From contig CALMGJ010000012.1 in assembly GCA_937863565.1 (NCBI GenBank), forward strand, positions 183,660-203,659: DNA of 20,000 nucleotides. Reading direction: 5' to 3'. The notes below the pieces were generated by a model, which did not search any database, was not told the origin of the DNA, and worked only from the letters and a program-made list of their open reading frames with translations. The DNA comes from an uncultured bacterium. Lineage in GTDB: Bacteria; AUK180. How positions within the stretch are numbered: the first letter of the stretch is position 1; every line of letters starts with the position of its first letter. Both the position numbers and the translations under genes were made by a program. Positions 7,619 to 15,637 of this stretch are shown here, piece by piece.

Positions 7619-8396
7619 CACCCTCGGTAAGAGAACTGCCGTTTCTTTGATATATGCGCCGCTCATGCTCTGGGTGTTCTGGTCGGGAGGAACGGTCCTT
7701 AAGATAATCATGGCGCTGGCCGCGTTTTTATCCTTCTACGAAGCCGCCAAAACTGCGCAGGCGGAAAGAATATTCCATATCATCTTCCTTCCGGCGGCGG
7801 GGATCATTTTCATACACAGCCCCGTGCTTGCGGCAACGCTGATGCTGGTATTCCTTCTTTTTCTTCCTTTTTTACTTTACAGTTTCGGCAAGCATGATCC
7901 GTCAAGACTTTCATCCTGGGCGCTTCTTCTTCTGATATGCACATATGTTGCCGCCGGAAGCTATTCGGTGATCTATCTTAGAACGACCTTCGGTGTCAAA
8001 CATTCGCTCTTCGTCCTTTGTTCGATATGGGTATTTGACAATTTTGCATATTTCAGCGGAGTCCTATTCGGCCGTCGCAGGATATTTCCCGTGCTTTCGC
8101 CGAAGAAAAGCATCGAAGGCATCGTGGGCGGTCTTATCTTCAATCTGATCCTGGGAGGTCTTGCCGGCCGTCTCATTTTCGGGCGTATTTATCTATATGC
8201 CCTGCTCTCCGTGCTGGTCGGCGTTCTTGCCCAGATCGGCGATCTGTACGAATCCCTTTTCAAAAGACACTACAATATCAAGGATTTTTCCGACATCCTT
8301 CCCGGACACGGGGGTATCATGGACAGGTTCGATTCGATATTCTACACATTTCCCGTTATGTGCATAGTCCTTAAACTGCTGGGCCTGAAAGGATGA
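7605..8396 (+). CDS. cdsA: Phosphatidate cytidylyltransferase
   Basis: Hydrophobic. DNFAYFSG..FGR, SPKKSIEG..GG, QIGDLYESLFKR...IKDFSDILPGHGGIMDRFDS. Probable start is ATG 7605 after GAGAGG, overlapping the end of uppS. Confidence 0.95.
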   Translation: MGGFSTLGKRTAVSLIYAPLMLWVFWSGGTVLKIIMALAAFLSFYEAAKTAQAERIFHIIFLPAAGIIFIHSPVLAATLMLVFLLFLPFLLYSFGKHDPSRLSSWALLLLICTYVAAGSYSVIYLRTTFGVKHSLFVLCSIWVFDNFAYFSGVLFGRRRIFPVLSPKKSIEGIVGGLIFNLILGGLAGRLIFGRIYLYALLSVLVGVLAQIGDLYESLFKRHYNIKDFSDILPGHGGIMDRFDSIFYTFPVMCIVLKLLGLKG

Positions 8397-8400
8397 CAGC

Positions 8401-9516
8401 ATGAGAAAGATAGTGATCGGGGGGTCCACCGGCTCGATCGGCGCCAAAGCATTATCCGTCATTGACGATCATCCGGATGACCTGAAAGTGCACGCCCTGA
8501 TAGCACGATCAAGAAAAGAGATATTCCTGGCCCAGATAGAAAAATACCGTCCGGCATACGTCATATTCGGCGAAGAACTGCAGTTACCCGGAGGCACGAA
8601 GCAGATCCCGGAAAAAGAGTTCGCAGAGGCCCTCGGCCATGCAGATCTTTTCCTGAATGCCGTTTCCGGAATAAACGGGATGGAGTATACGTACATAGCC
8701 CTTGCTTCCGGCAAGAAAGTGGCTCTTGCCAATAAAGAATCGCTGGTGGCCGGGTTCGAAAAAATGCTCGCTGCCTGCAAAACACCCCTCGATCTTATAA
8801 TTCCGGTTGACAGCGAACACTCTGCCATCTTCCAGCTCCTTTCCGGCGTTAGATCGGACGATGTGGAAAAGGTAATACTCACTGCCTCCGGCGGAAAGAT
8901 AAGGAATAAGGATCTGAACAGGGAGCTTTTGCCACAGGAAATACTGGAGCACCCGAAATGGAGGATGGGAAGCGTGATCACGATAGACTCCTCCACCATG
9001 GTGAACAAGGCATATGAAACTGCGGAAGCGCATTACCTGTTCAATGTGCCTCTCAAGAACATAGAGGTCTTGTTCCATCCTCAGGCAGTGATACACGGCA
9101 TGATAAAAATGAAGGACAAGAACATATTCGCGCATCTTTCTCCTACAGACATGATGTATCCTATTAAGCATGCTCTGTTCTATCCGAATCGCGTGCCTTA
9201 TGAAAAGGATTTCAATTATTCCGTGATCTCCGAGCTGACCCTGGAACCTGTTAATTTCAATTACTATCCGAACTACGGATTGTTCACGGAAGCGCTTCAA
9301 AAAAGTCCCAAAACAAGAACGGCACTCATCTGCGGAAATGAAAGGAGCGTGGACCACTTCCTGAGATCCAGGATCAAATTCACGCAGATATTCGAGCTCA
9401 ACCGGTATATTTACGAACATTGGAAGGATCAGGGCGACCTCGAATTCGGAGAACTGCCCGAGATCCGGTCAAAAGTGGACACTATCATAGAAAATTATTT
9501 CGGAGGAATACAGTGA
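8401..9516 (+). CDS. dxr: 1-deoxy-D-xylulose-5-phosphate reductoisomerase
   Basis: GSTGSIG, LANKESLV, PVDSEHSAIFQ, ILTASGG, HP.W.MG..ITIDS.TM.NK..E..EAH.LF, HPQ..IH. Confidence 0.95.
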   Translation: MRKIVIGGSTGSIGAKALSVIDDHPDDLKVHALIARSRKEIFLAQIEKYRPAYVIFGEELQLPGGTKQIPEKEFAEALGHADLFLNAVSGINGMEYTYIALASGKKVALANKESLVAGFEKMLAACKTPLDLIIPVDSEHSAIFQLLSGVRSDDVEKVILTASGGKIRNKDLNRELLPQEILEHPKWRMGSVITIDSSTMVNKAYETAEAHYLFNVPLKNIEVLFHPQAVIHGMIKMKDKNIFAHLSPTDMMYPIKHALFYPNRVPYEKDFNYSVISELTLEPVNFNYYPNYGLFTEALQKSPKTRTALICGNERSVDHFLRSRIKFTQIFELNRYIYEHWKDQGDLEFGELPEIRSKVDTIIENYFGGIQ

Positions 9517-10823
9517 TACCCGCATTAGGAATAATATTCGGTCTCGGCATTCTGATCTTCATTCATGAACTGGGACATTTCATAGCTGCAAAATCGATGG
9601 GCATTCTTGTAGAAGAATTCTCCCTCGGGTTCGGTCCTGCCATAGTCAAATTCAAGATCAAGGAAACAGAGTACAAGATCGCCGCCATTCCCGTGGGCGG
9701 TTATATCAAGATGAAAGGAGAGGACCCCGATTCGGAACTGACAGGTTCGAAAGATGAGTTTCTTTCAAGGAAAACGCACGAAAAGATCATAGTCGCGCTT
9801 GCCGGACCTCTGGCGAATATCATCCTGGCTGCGGCGATCTATCCTGTGATCTTCATGGGGATCGGTGAAAAGGAGGCTGTGCTGACCCCCTATGCCCAGA
9901 TCGCCGGAACGATCGAAGGTTCGGCGGCAGAATCGGCCGGGATCATCAGGAAAGATATCATAGAAAAGATCAACGAAACGGAAATACGATCGCCTTCGGA
10001 TATCACGCCGATCGTGAGCGGCAGTGCGGGGAATACGCTTTTTCTCACAGTAAGAAGAGGGGACGAAGTGCTGAAGATAGCTGTTCGCCCAAACAAAAGA
10101 GAGAAATACGATTATATCTATTACGAACTTGGCGTATATTTTAAAATTGATCCGGTTATCGGGCCGCTCCCGAAAAAATCCAATGCCTACAGGGCCGGTC
10201 TGAGAGAAGGGGATATCATAGTGAAAAGCGGCGGGAGAGAAGTATTCTCATTCACCGATATATTCGAGGACATCGTTGATGGCAGCGCTCTTTTGCTTAC
10301 GGTAAAGAGATCGGGAGAGCTTCTTGATATCACGGTCCCTCCCGTGCTCACTTCAGGCTTTAATGAAGAAGGCAAGATAAGGAAGGCTTTCCGCTATGAC
10401 CTTACTTCGGAATACAGGATCGTAAAAAGCGGCTTTGGCGAAGGCATATCACGGAGCCTTAATGCGCTGGGAAGCGATTTCCTGCTCATTTACAATTCTC
10501 TCAGGATCATAATCAAACATCCGAAGGAGGCGCGCCATCTCGGCGGTTTTATCACCATAGGATACATACTGTCCAAGAGCATAAGAGAGGGTATAGCCGA
10601 ATATCTGGCATGGATCGGAATGATATCCGTTAATCTTGCCGTTGTCAATATGCTTCCTTTGATCATAACGGACGGCGGTTTAATACTGATGTTCATGTTT
10701 GAATTCCTTACACGCAGAAAGATGAAAAAAAAGGAAAGGGCCGTTCTGCAGTATACGGGATTCGCACTCCTTCTTCTTCTGTTCCTTTTCATAATGAAAA
10801 ACGATATCATGAGATATCTCTAG
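9513..10823 (+). CDS. rseP: RIP metalloprotease RseP (M50) with PDZ domains
   Basis: IFIHELGHF, FSLGFGP, AIPVGGYIKM, LAGPLANI, two PDZ-like segments (SAAESAGI..KD.I and SNAYRAGLREGDII), N.LP...DGG. Start is GTG 9513 after GGAGG, with a GTGA overlap with the dxr stop. Confidence 0.95.
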   Translation: MIPALGIIFGLGILIFIHELGHFIAAKSMGILVEEFSLGFGPAIVKFKIKETEYKIAAIPVGGYIKMKGEDPDSELTGSKDEFLSRKTHEKIIVALAGPLANIILAAAIYPVIFMGIGEKEAVLTPYAQIAGTIEGSAAESAGIIRKDIIEKINETEIRSPSDITPIVSGSAGNTLFLTVRRGDEVLKIAVRPNKREKYDYIYYELGVYFKIDPVIGPLPKKSNAYRAGLREGDIIVKSGGREVFSFTDIFEDIVDGSALLLTVKRSGELLDITVPPVLTSGFNEEGKIRKAFRYDLTSEYRIVKSGFGEGISRSLNALGSDFLLIYNSLRIIIKHPKEARHLGGFITIGYILSKSIREGIAEYLAWIGMISVNLAVVNMLPLIITDGGLILMFMFEFLTRRKMKKKERAVLQYTGFALLLLLFLFIMKNDIMRYL

Positions 10824-10829
10824 GGGCTT

Positions 10830-11891
10830 ATGAGAACAAAAAAGGTCCGGATCGGAGATCTCATCATTGGCGGCGGCTCTCCTGTTCGCGTGCAGTCGAT
10901 GACGAACACTCCCACGGAAGACCTTAAAAGGACCAAGGCGCAGATAAGTGCTCTTGCCGCAGCCGGATGCGAGATCGTAAGGATCTCGATACCTTCCGTT
11001 AAAGCGGCAGAGAACATAGAAAAATTTAAAAATGCCTTTCCGGATATTCCGCTCGTTGCCGACATTCATTTCGACTACCGCCTTGCCCTTCTTTCCATAG
11101 AACGGGGCATAGATAAGCTTAGACTGAATCCCGGCAATATCACGGCAAAAGACAAGGTTGCCGAGATCGTTTACGCCGCCCGCAGAAAGAAGATCCCGAT
11201 CCGCATCGGAATCAACGGGGGCTCCCTTCCCGCGAGCATCAAGGAAAAATATCACAAACCTACTGCAGAAGCACTTGTGGCGGCCGCAGCGGAAGAGATC
11301 GCATATTTCAAGAAACTCGAATACGAGAACATCGTAGTATCGTTGAAATCTTCCGATGTGCCCGTGACGGTGAAAGCCAACAGGTTGTTCCGCGAAAGAT
11401 ATCCTTACCCGCTCCATCTCGGGATAACCGAAGCGGGAACGGCCATAGGCGGTACCGTGAAATCCGCGGTGGGGATCGGGATCCTTCTTAATGAAGGAAT
11501 CGGGGATACATTAAGGATATCGCTTTCGGGAGATCCCGTTACTGAAGTTCATACGGGGTTCGCTATTTTAAGGGAGCTCGGCCTCAGAAGAACGGGACTT
11601 GATCTGATAGCCTGCCCCACTTGTTCAAGGACGGAGATCGATGTGGCGGGCATAAGCGCACAGATCGAGAAGAAATTCCGCGGGATGAAGGAACCTCTGA
11701 GAGTGGCGATCATGGGCTGCATTGTTAACGGACCCGGAGAAGCGTCTGAAGCGGACATCGGGATCGTCGGGACAAAAAGCGGATACGTGATATACGTAAA
11801 TGGCAAGATCATTAAAAAGATCACGAAAGCCGAAGGCAGCGGAGAGGCCGTGGGCATCCTTTCGGAACTAATAAGAAAATTCCAGAAATGA
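10830..11891 (+). CDS. ispG: (E)-4-hydroxy-3-methylbut-2-enyl-diphosphate synthase
   Basis: PVRVQSMTNT, PLVADIHFDY, LRLNPGNI, IRIGINGGSL, YPLHLGITEAG, GIGDTLRISL. Fe-S ligands in CPTCSR and GCIVNGPGE. Confidence 0.97.
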   Translation: MRTKKVRIGDLIIGGGSPVRVQSMTNTPTEDLKRTKAQISALAAAGCEIVRISIPSVKAAENIEKFKNAFPDIPLVADIHFDYRLALLSIERGIDKLRLNPGNITAKDKVAEIVYAARRKKIPIRIGINGGSLPASIKEKYHKPTAEALVAAAAEEIAYFKKLEYENIVVSLKSSDVPVTVKANRLFRERYPYPLHLGITEAGTAIGGTVKSAVGIGILLNEGIGDTLRISLSGDPVTEVHTGFAILRELGLRRTGLDLIACPTCSRTEIDVAGISAQIEKKFRGMKEPLRVAIMGCIVNGPGEASEADIGIVGTKSGYVIYVNGKIIKKITKAEGSGEAVGILSELIRKFQK

Positions 11892-12529
11892 ACCCGTTCA
11901 CGATCAAAGACGGGTATTCCCTGAAAAAACTTTTCAAAATATTGAGCGGATTTTACGGTCCCCAGCATTGGTGGCCCGGAGGATCGAGATTCGAGATAAT
12001 CGCAGGCGCGGTGCTTACGCAGAATACGAACTGGAAGAATGTGGAGAAGGCGATCGCTAACATGAAAAGGGCCCGCTGCATGACGGCTTCTGCCGTCCTG
12101 AAGACGGGAAAGGATGAACTCAAAGGACTGATCCGCCCGGCAGGATTTTTCAATCAGAAAGCGGAGCGGCTTGCGGCCGTGAGCGAATTTCTGATGGAGG
12201 AAAAAAAGTTACTCAATTCGCTTCTGGACAAAAACAATAATTTTCAAGCAAGAGAAAAACTCCTCTCGATAAAAGGCATAGGACCTGAAACAGCGGATTC
12301 AATACTTCTTTACGCTTTTGCCGTGCCGGTCTTCGTTGTTGATGCTTATACGAAAAGATTCCTGGAATTTTACCATCTCTATCAGGGTCCGATGAAATAC
12401 GAGGATATCCGCCGTTTTTTTGAAAGCGGGCTTCCCGCGGATGCCGAACTGTACAACGAGTATCACGCTCTTATCGTGAGGTGGGGTAAGGATGCGCGAC
12501 AAATGATTGACACAAAAACGCGTTCATGA
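11888..12529 (+). CDS. Endonuclease III-related HhH-GPD DNA glycosylase family protein lacking the Fe-S motif
   Basis: YGPQHWWP, FEIIAGAVLTQNTNWKNVEKA, LIRPAGFFNQKA, LLSIKGIGPETADSILLYA, FVVDAYTKR, YNEYHALIV. This pattern matches the COG2231-type subfamily. Confidence 0.88.
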   Translation: MNPFTIKDGYSLKKLFKILSGFYGPQHWWPGGSRFEIIAGAVLTQNTNWKNVEKAIANMKRARCMTASAVLKTGKDELKGLIRPAGFFNQKAERLAAVSEFLMEEKKLLNSLLDKNNNFQAREKLLSIKGIGPETADSILLYAFAVPVFVVDAYTKRFLEFYHLYQGPMKYEDIRRFFESGLPADAELYNEYHALIVRWGKDARQMIDTKTRS

Positions 12530-12535
12530 TATAAA
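12507..12535 (+). promoter_or_regulatory. Internal sigma70 promoter for the nitrilase-Nudix pair (probably leaderless)
   Basis: Perfect TTGACA (12507-12512), 17 bp spacer, TATAAA (12530-12535) with extended -10 TG. It lies 5 nt before ATG 12541 with no SD and overlaps the last codons of the upstream gene. Confidence 0.7.
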
Positions 12536-12540
12536 TAATC

Positions 12541-13308
12541 ATGAAAGCAGGATACTATCAATTCGCTCCGTCATTGTTCGATAAAAGAGGGAACCTCGAA
12601 AAGGTTTCCGAAAAGCTGGGAACCGCAGATGCTGATCTGATCGTTCTTCCGGAATTTTTCAATACGGGATATACCTTCAGTTCGGCTGAAGAGGCCGCGG
12701 TGCAGGCCGAACGGATACCGGGAGGGGAGACTACCGAGCTTATGGCCGCGATCGCGAGAAAAAAGAACATGTTCATCTGCGGCGGTCTTCCCGAAGATGA
12801 CGGCGGTGTTCTCTACAATTCCTCCGTGCTCGTAGGACCCGGAGGATATATAGGGAAATACAGGAAAGTTCATCTCTTTTACAATGAAAAAAAATATTTC
12901 AAGCGAGGCGACCTCGGTTACCCCGTTTTCGATATGGGCGGCACCAAAGCATCCATGCTCATCTGCTTCGACTGGTTCTTCCCCGAAGCGATGCGTTCCT
13001 GCGCACTGTCCGGCGCGCAAGTGATATTACATCCTACCAATCTTGTGATGCCTTATTATCAGAGCGCTTCCGTAACGCGCGCTTTGGAGAACAGGGTCTT
13101 CATCATTCTATCCAACCGCTACGGAAAAGAGGAGAACAAGGGTATCGTTTACAATTTTACAGGAGCTTCCCGGATCGTAACCCCGACCGGCGACATCATA
13201 GTCTCATCTCCGGCCGACAAGGATGATCTCCGGACCGCTTTTATCGACCCTTCACTCGCATTGAATAAAAAACTTAATGAAATGAACGATATATTCAAAG
13301 AGATCTGA
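12541..13308 (+). CDS. Carbon-nitrogen hydrolase (nitrilase superfamily)
   Basis: Catalytic triad contexts VLPEFFNTGY (Glu), YRKVHLF (Lys) and ICFDWFFPE (Cys). Also TRALENRVF and FTGAS.IV.P.G. Substrate not determinable. Confidence 0.93.
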   Translation: MKAGYYQFAPSLFDKRGNLEKVSEKLGTADADLIVLPEFFNTGYTFSSAEEAAVQAERIPGGETTELMAAIARKKNMFICGGLPEDDGGVLYNSSVLVGPGGYIGKYRKVHLFYNEKKYFKRGDLGYPVFDMGGTKASMLICFDWFFPEAMRSCALSGAQVILHPTNLVMPYYQSASVTRALENRVFIILSNRYGKEENKGIVYNFTGASRIVTPTGDIIVSSPADKDDLRTAFIDPSLALNKKLNEMNDIFKEI

Positions 13309-13731
13309 ATGTACAGAAAAGGAGTAGCGGCAGTTATCACGGACGGTGAGGGTAAGATACTGGCGTACAGGAGGAAGGACCATCCTGAATCCTGGCAATT
13401 CCCTCAGGGCGGGATCGAGAACGGCGAGAATGAGGAGGAGGCCCTGAAAAGGGAGCTTTGGGAGGAATGCGGGATAAAAAGATACCGGATACTTTCCAGA
13501 ACACCCCCGATATCATATGCACTGAATCTGAAAAGTAAGGGGATGGAACACGAGGGACAAAGCCATGTATATTTTCTTTTGGAATTAGAAGAAGATATTC
13601 CGTCCGTCCCGGATTGCGAGTTCACAGAATGCGCCTGGATGACAGGACCAGCACTTCTCGGATGGTGCCCTTCATTTAAAAAGGACGCTATCCGTCAGGC
13701 AATATCCATACTGCTGCCTGCGGAACTCTGA
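13309..13731 (+). CDS. Nudix hydrolase, RppH/dinucleoside polyphosphate hydrolase-like
   Basis: Nudix box WQFPQGGIENGENEEEALKRELWEECGI. RppH-like segments YR..V, GQ...YFLL, EF....W and SFKKD. Confidence 0.88.
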   Translation: MYRKGVAAVITDGEGKILAYRRKDHPESWQFPQGGIENGENEEEALKRELWEECGIKRYRILSRTPPISYALNLKSKGMEHEGQSHVYFLLELEEDIPSVPDCEFTECAWMTGPALLGWCPSFKKDAIRQAISILLPAEL

Positions 13732-13759
13732 CGAGCGCCGAAACGGAAGCATGTGAACG

Positions 13760-15637
13760 CTATCGAAGCTCTTCAATAAGATCGTTCAATTTTCTATCTG
13801 TTCCGATCCGCTTCCTGAGCTTAAGGAAATATTTCAGCGCGCTCTTCCGGTCACCCGTTTTCAAGCAGGCATTCGCCATTTCGGCGAGGATGTCGGTGTT
13901 CTGAGGAAACAGGGAATATGCTTTTTTATAATAAGGAAGCGGGTCTTCTCCGAGTTCTTCCGCCGTTCTGGCCATTGTGACGAAGATATCCGGATTCCTT
14001 CCGAAATAACCTGCCGCCATATGCAAGTAGTGCATAGCCTCGGCGAACTCCCCGTTCTTAAGATGGAATTTTCCCCTCCAGAAAAAAGCTCTCCCGGGAT
14101 AAGGGGAAGCGCGTTCCCTTTCCCATGCGGACATGAAAAGCACCCTGTCATTCAGGACATAGGCGATGATAAGCCCATTGAGGTCCTTCCTTGGGTCCGT
14201 GCTGTTCCGGAACAAGGACATATCGTCGAGCCCGCTTAAACCGGAGGGCTTTTCAAAAGAGAGCACGGCAAAAGCGGAATCAATATAGATAAGCCCTGCT
14301 CCTTTTCCGGCGAGATAACGCGGCAGGGAATCCGGTTGACCGCTTAGAAAGACATATGTGGGCACCACGAATGCTGTAATGCCGTAGCGCATGGCAAGCA
14401 ATTCTGCTATATTCGTTCTATCGGGTCCGTTTTTCATTGCGCGGTATTCCGCATAGACGGCCGGATCGGAATCGGTACCGTCTATGAACGGTTCTATGCC
14501 GTAAAGGGCAAGATATCCGCCGATGCCGTAATCATTGAAGATCCTGCCCTGTACTTTCTGCAATACTCCGATCATGGTCCTTTGAGGGATCTTGCTCCCG
14601 AGCCGGTAATCACGGACATATCGGGAATCGAATCCCGTATAGTGCATGCCGCGCGTGAAAATGAAAAGCATACCAAGAGAGAACGCGGCGAAAATGAACT
14701 TTGCCCTTTGCGGTAGTTCGGTCTTCAAGGATATATAGAAAAGCCCGTAAATGGCAAAAAAGACGATGTGCCTTACGGCAAAGAACGGTAGAACTGCAAA
14801 AACAGGGAGAAAAATATCTGCCAAATCAATCTCCTTCTTTCCGAAAATGAGCCTTGACAGCGCAACGAGAAAGAGAAAAGCGATATAAACGGTCAAAAGG
14901 TCGGAGACTGCGAAATATTTATCGCTCAACGGAAGCCACTCGACGAGCGATTCCTGAAAAGGCCTTAACTTTGCCTGTGTAGTGAAGATATCCTTCAAGA
15001 CCGGTAAACCGAACGGATGAAGGAATACTGCGGCTGTATACGGGACAAGATGTACGGCATCTGCAGGTTTAAAGTTCCGGGTAAGGACGATATGATGCGC
15101 ATAATAGACGAAGATGATCCCGTAAAGCACGATATAAGACGGGTGCGACAGTACGGAGAGCGTGAACAGGATGAAAACGGCCGGGGAAAAGACCCTCTTT
15201 CCCGAGAGCAGCAGAAGTACGGCATATTCGATCAGGATGAATCCGATCATCGTGCTCCGCAGGTCGAAAAAATAAGAGAACAGGTAAACGGAGAAGGGCA
15301 ATAAAAAGAACATAAGCGGATTCGGCCGCTTAACGGATATGAACATAAGAGGAAGAAAGACCGCAAGGGCCAAAAGGAATTTCAGGATGAAAGGGCTGCC
15401 GATGACCCTGTGTAAATGATAGAGAATGTAATGCCCTAGGAATGAATGATTGAGGAACAGGCCGCCGTGTGAATGAAAAGTCATCTGTGAAGAAAAGATA
15501 TAGGGAAAATCCTTGAAGGTATCCCTCCCTGCCTTGATTTGCCAGAAAAAATCGTCGCTGTTGAAAGGGAGGCTTGCCAAAAAAAGCGAGAAGAGCAGAA
15601 CAATGATCATGGGCACTGCGGTTTTGAGGATCTTCAC
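13760..15637 (-). CDS. Polytopic membrane protein with C-terminal TPRs, putative GT-C-fold glycosyltransferase
   Basis: About 10 hydrophobic segments in the N-terminal ~330 aa. First loop SDDFFWQIKAG, then NHSFL. Soluble segment RIFNDYGIGGYL...PFIDG, and TPR-like repeats at the C-terminus (AFFWRGKFHLKNGEFAEAMHYLHMAA; ILAEMANACLKTGDRKSALKYF). Probable start is GTG 15637 overlapping the upstream TGA, after GGGGG. The CDS is confident; the function is inferred. Confidence 0.65.
   Translation of the reverse strand: MKILKTAVPMIIVLLFSLFLASLPFNSDDFFWQIKAGRDTFKDFPYIFSSQMTFHSHGGLFLNHSFLGHYILYHLHRVIGSPFILKFLLALAVFLPLMFISVKRPNPLMFFLLPFSVYLFSYFFDLRSTMIGFILIEYAVLLLLSGKRVFSPAVFILFTLSVLSHPSYIVLYGIIFVYYAHHIVLTRNFKPADAVHLVPYTAAVFLHPFGLPVLKDIFTTQAKLRPFQESLVEWLPLSDKYFAVSDLLTVYIAFLFLVALSRLIFGKKEIDLADIFLPVFAVLPFFAVRHIVFFAIYGLFYISLKTELPQRAKFIFAAFSLGMLFIFTRGMHYTGFDSRYVRDYRLGSKIPQRTMIGVLQKVQGRIFNDYGIGGYLALYGIEPFIDGTDSDPAVYAEYRAMKNGPDRTNIAELLAMRYGITAFVVPTYVFLSGQPDSLPRYLAGKGAGLIYIDSAFAVLSFEKPSGLSGLDDMSLFRNSTDPRKDLNGLIIAYVLNDRVLFMSAWERERASPYPGRAFFWRGKFHLKNGEFAEAMHYLHMAAGYFGRNPDIFVTMARTAEELGEDPLPYYKKAYSLFPQNTDILAEMANACLKTGDRKSALKYFLKLRKRIGTDRKLNDLIEELR

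Noticed and set aside
4134..11417. Other long antisense ORFs (4134-4835, 5060-5764, 7106-7711, 8584-9420, 10680-11417)
   Set aside because: All lie opposite conserved housekeeping genes and have non-protein-like composition.
13732..13759. Possible bidirectional terminator between the convergent Nudix and TPR membrane genes
   Set aside because: There is only a 3-bp CCG-AAA-CGG stem with no U-tract, which is too weak to call.
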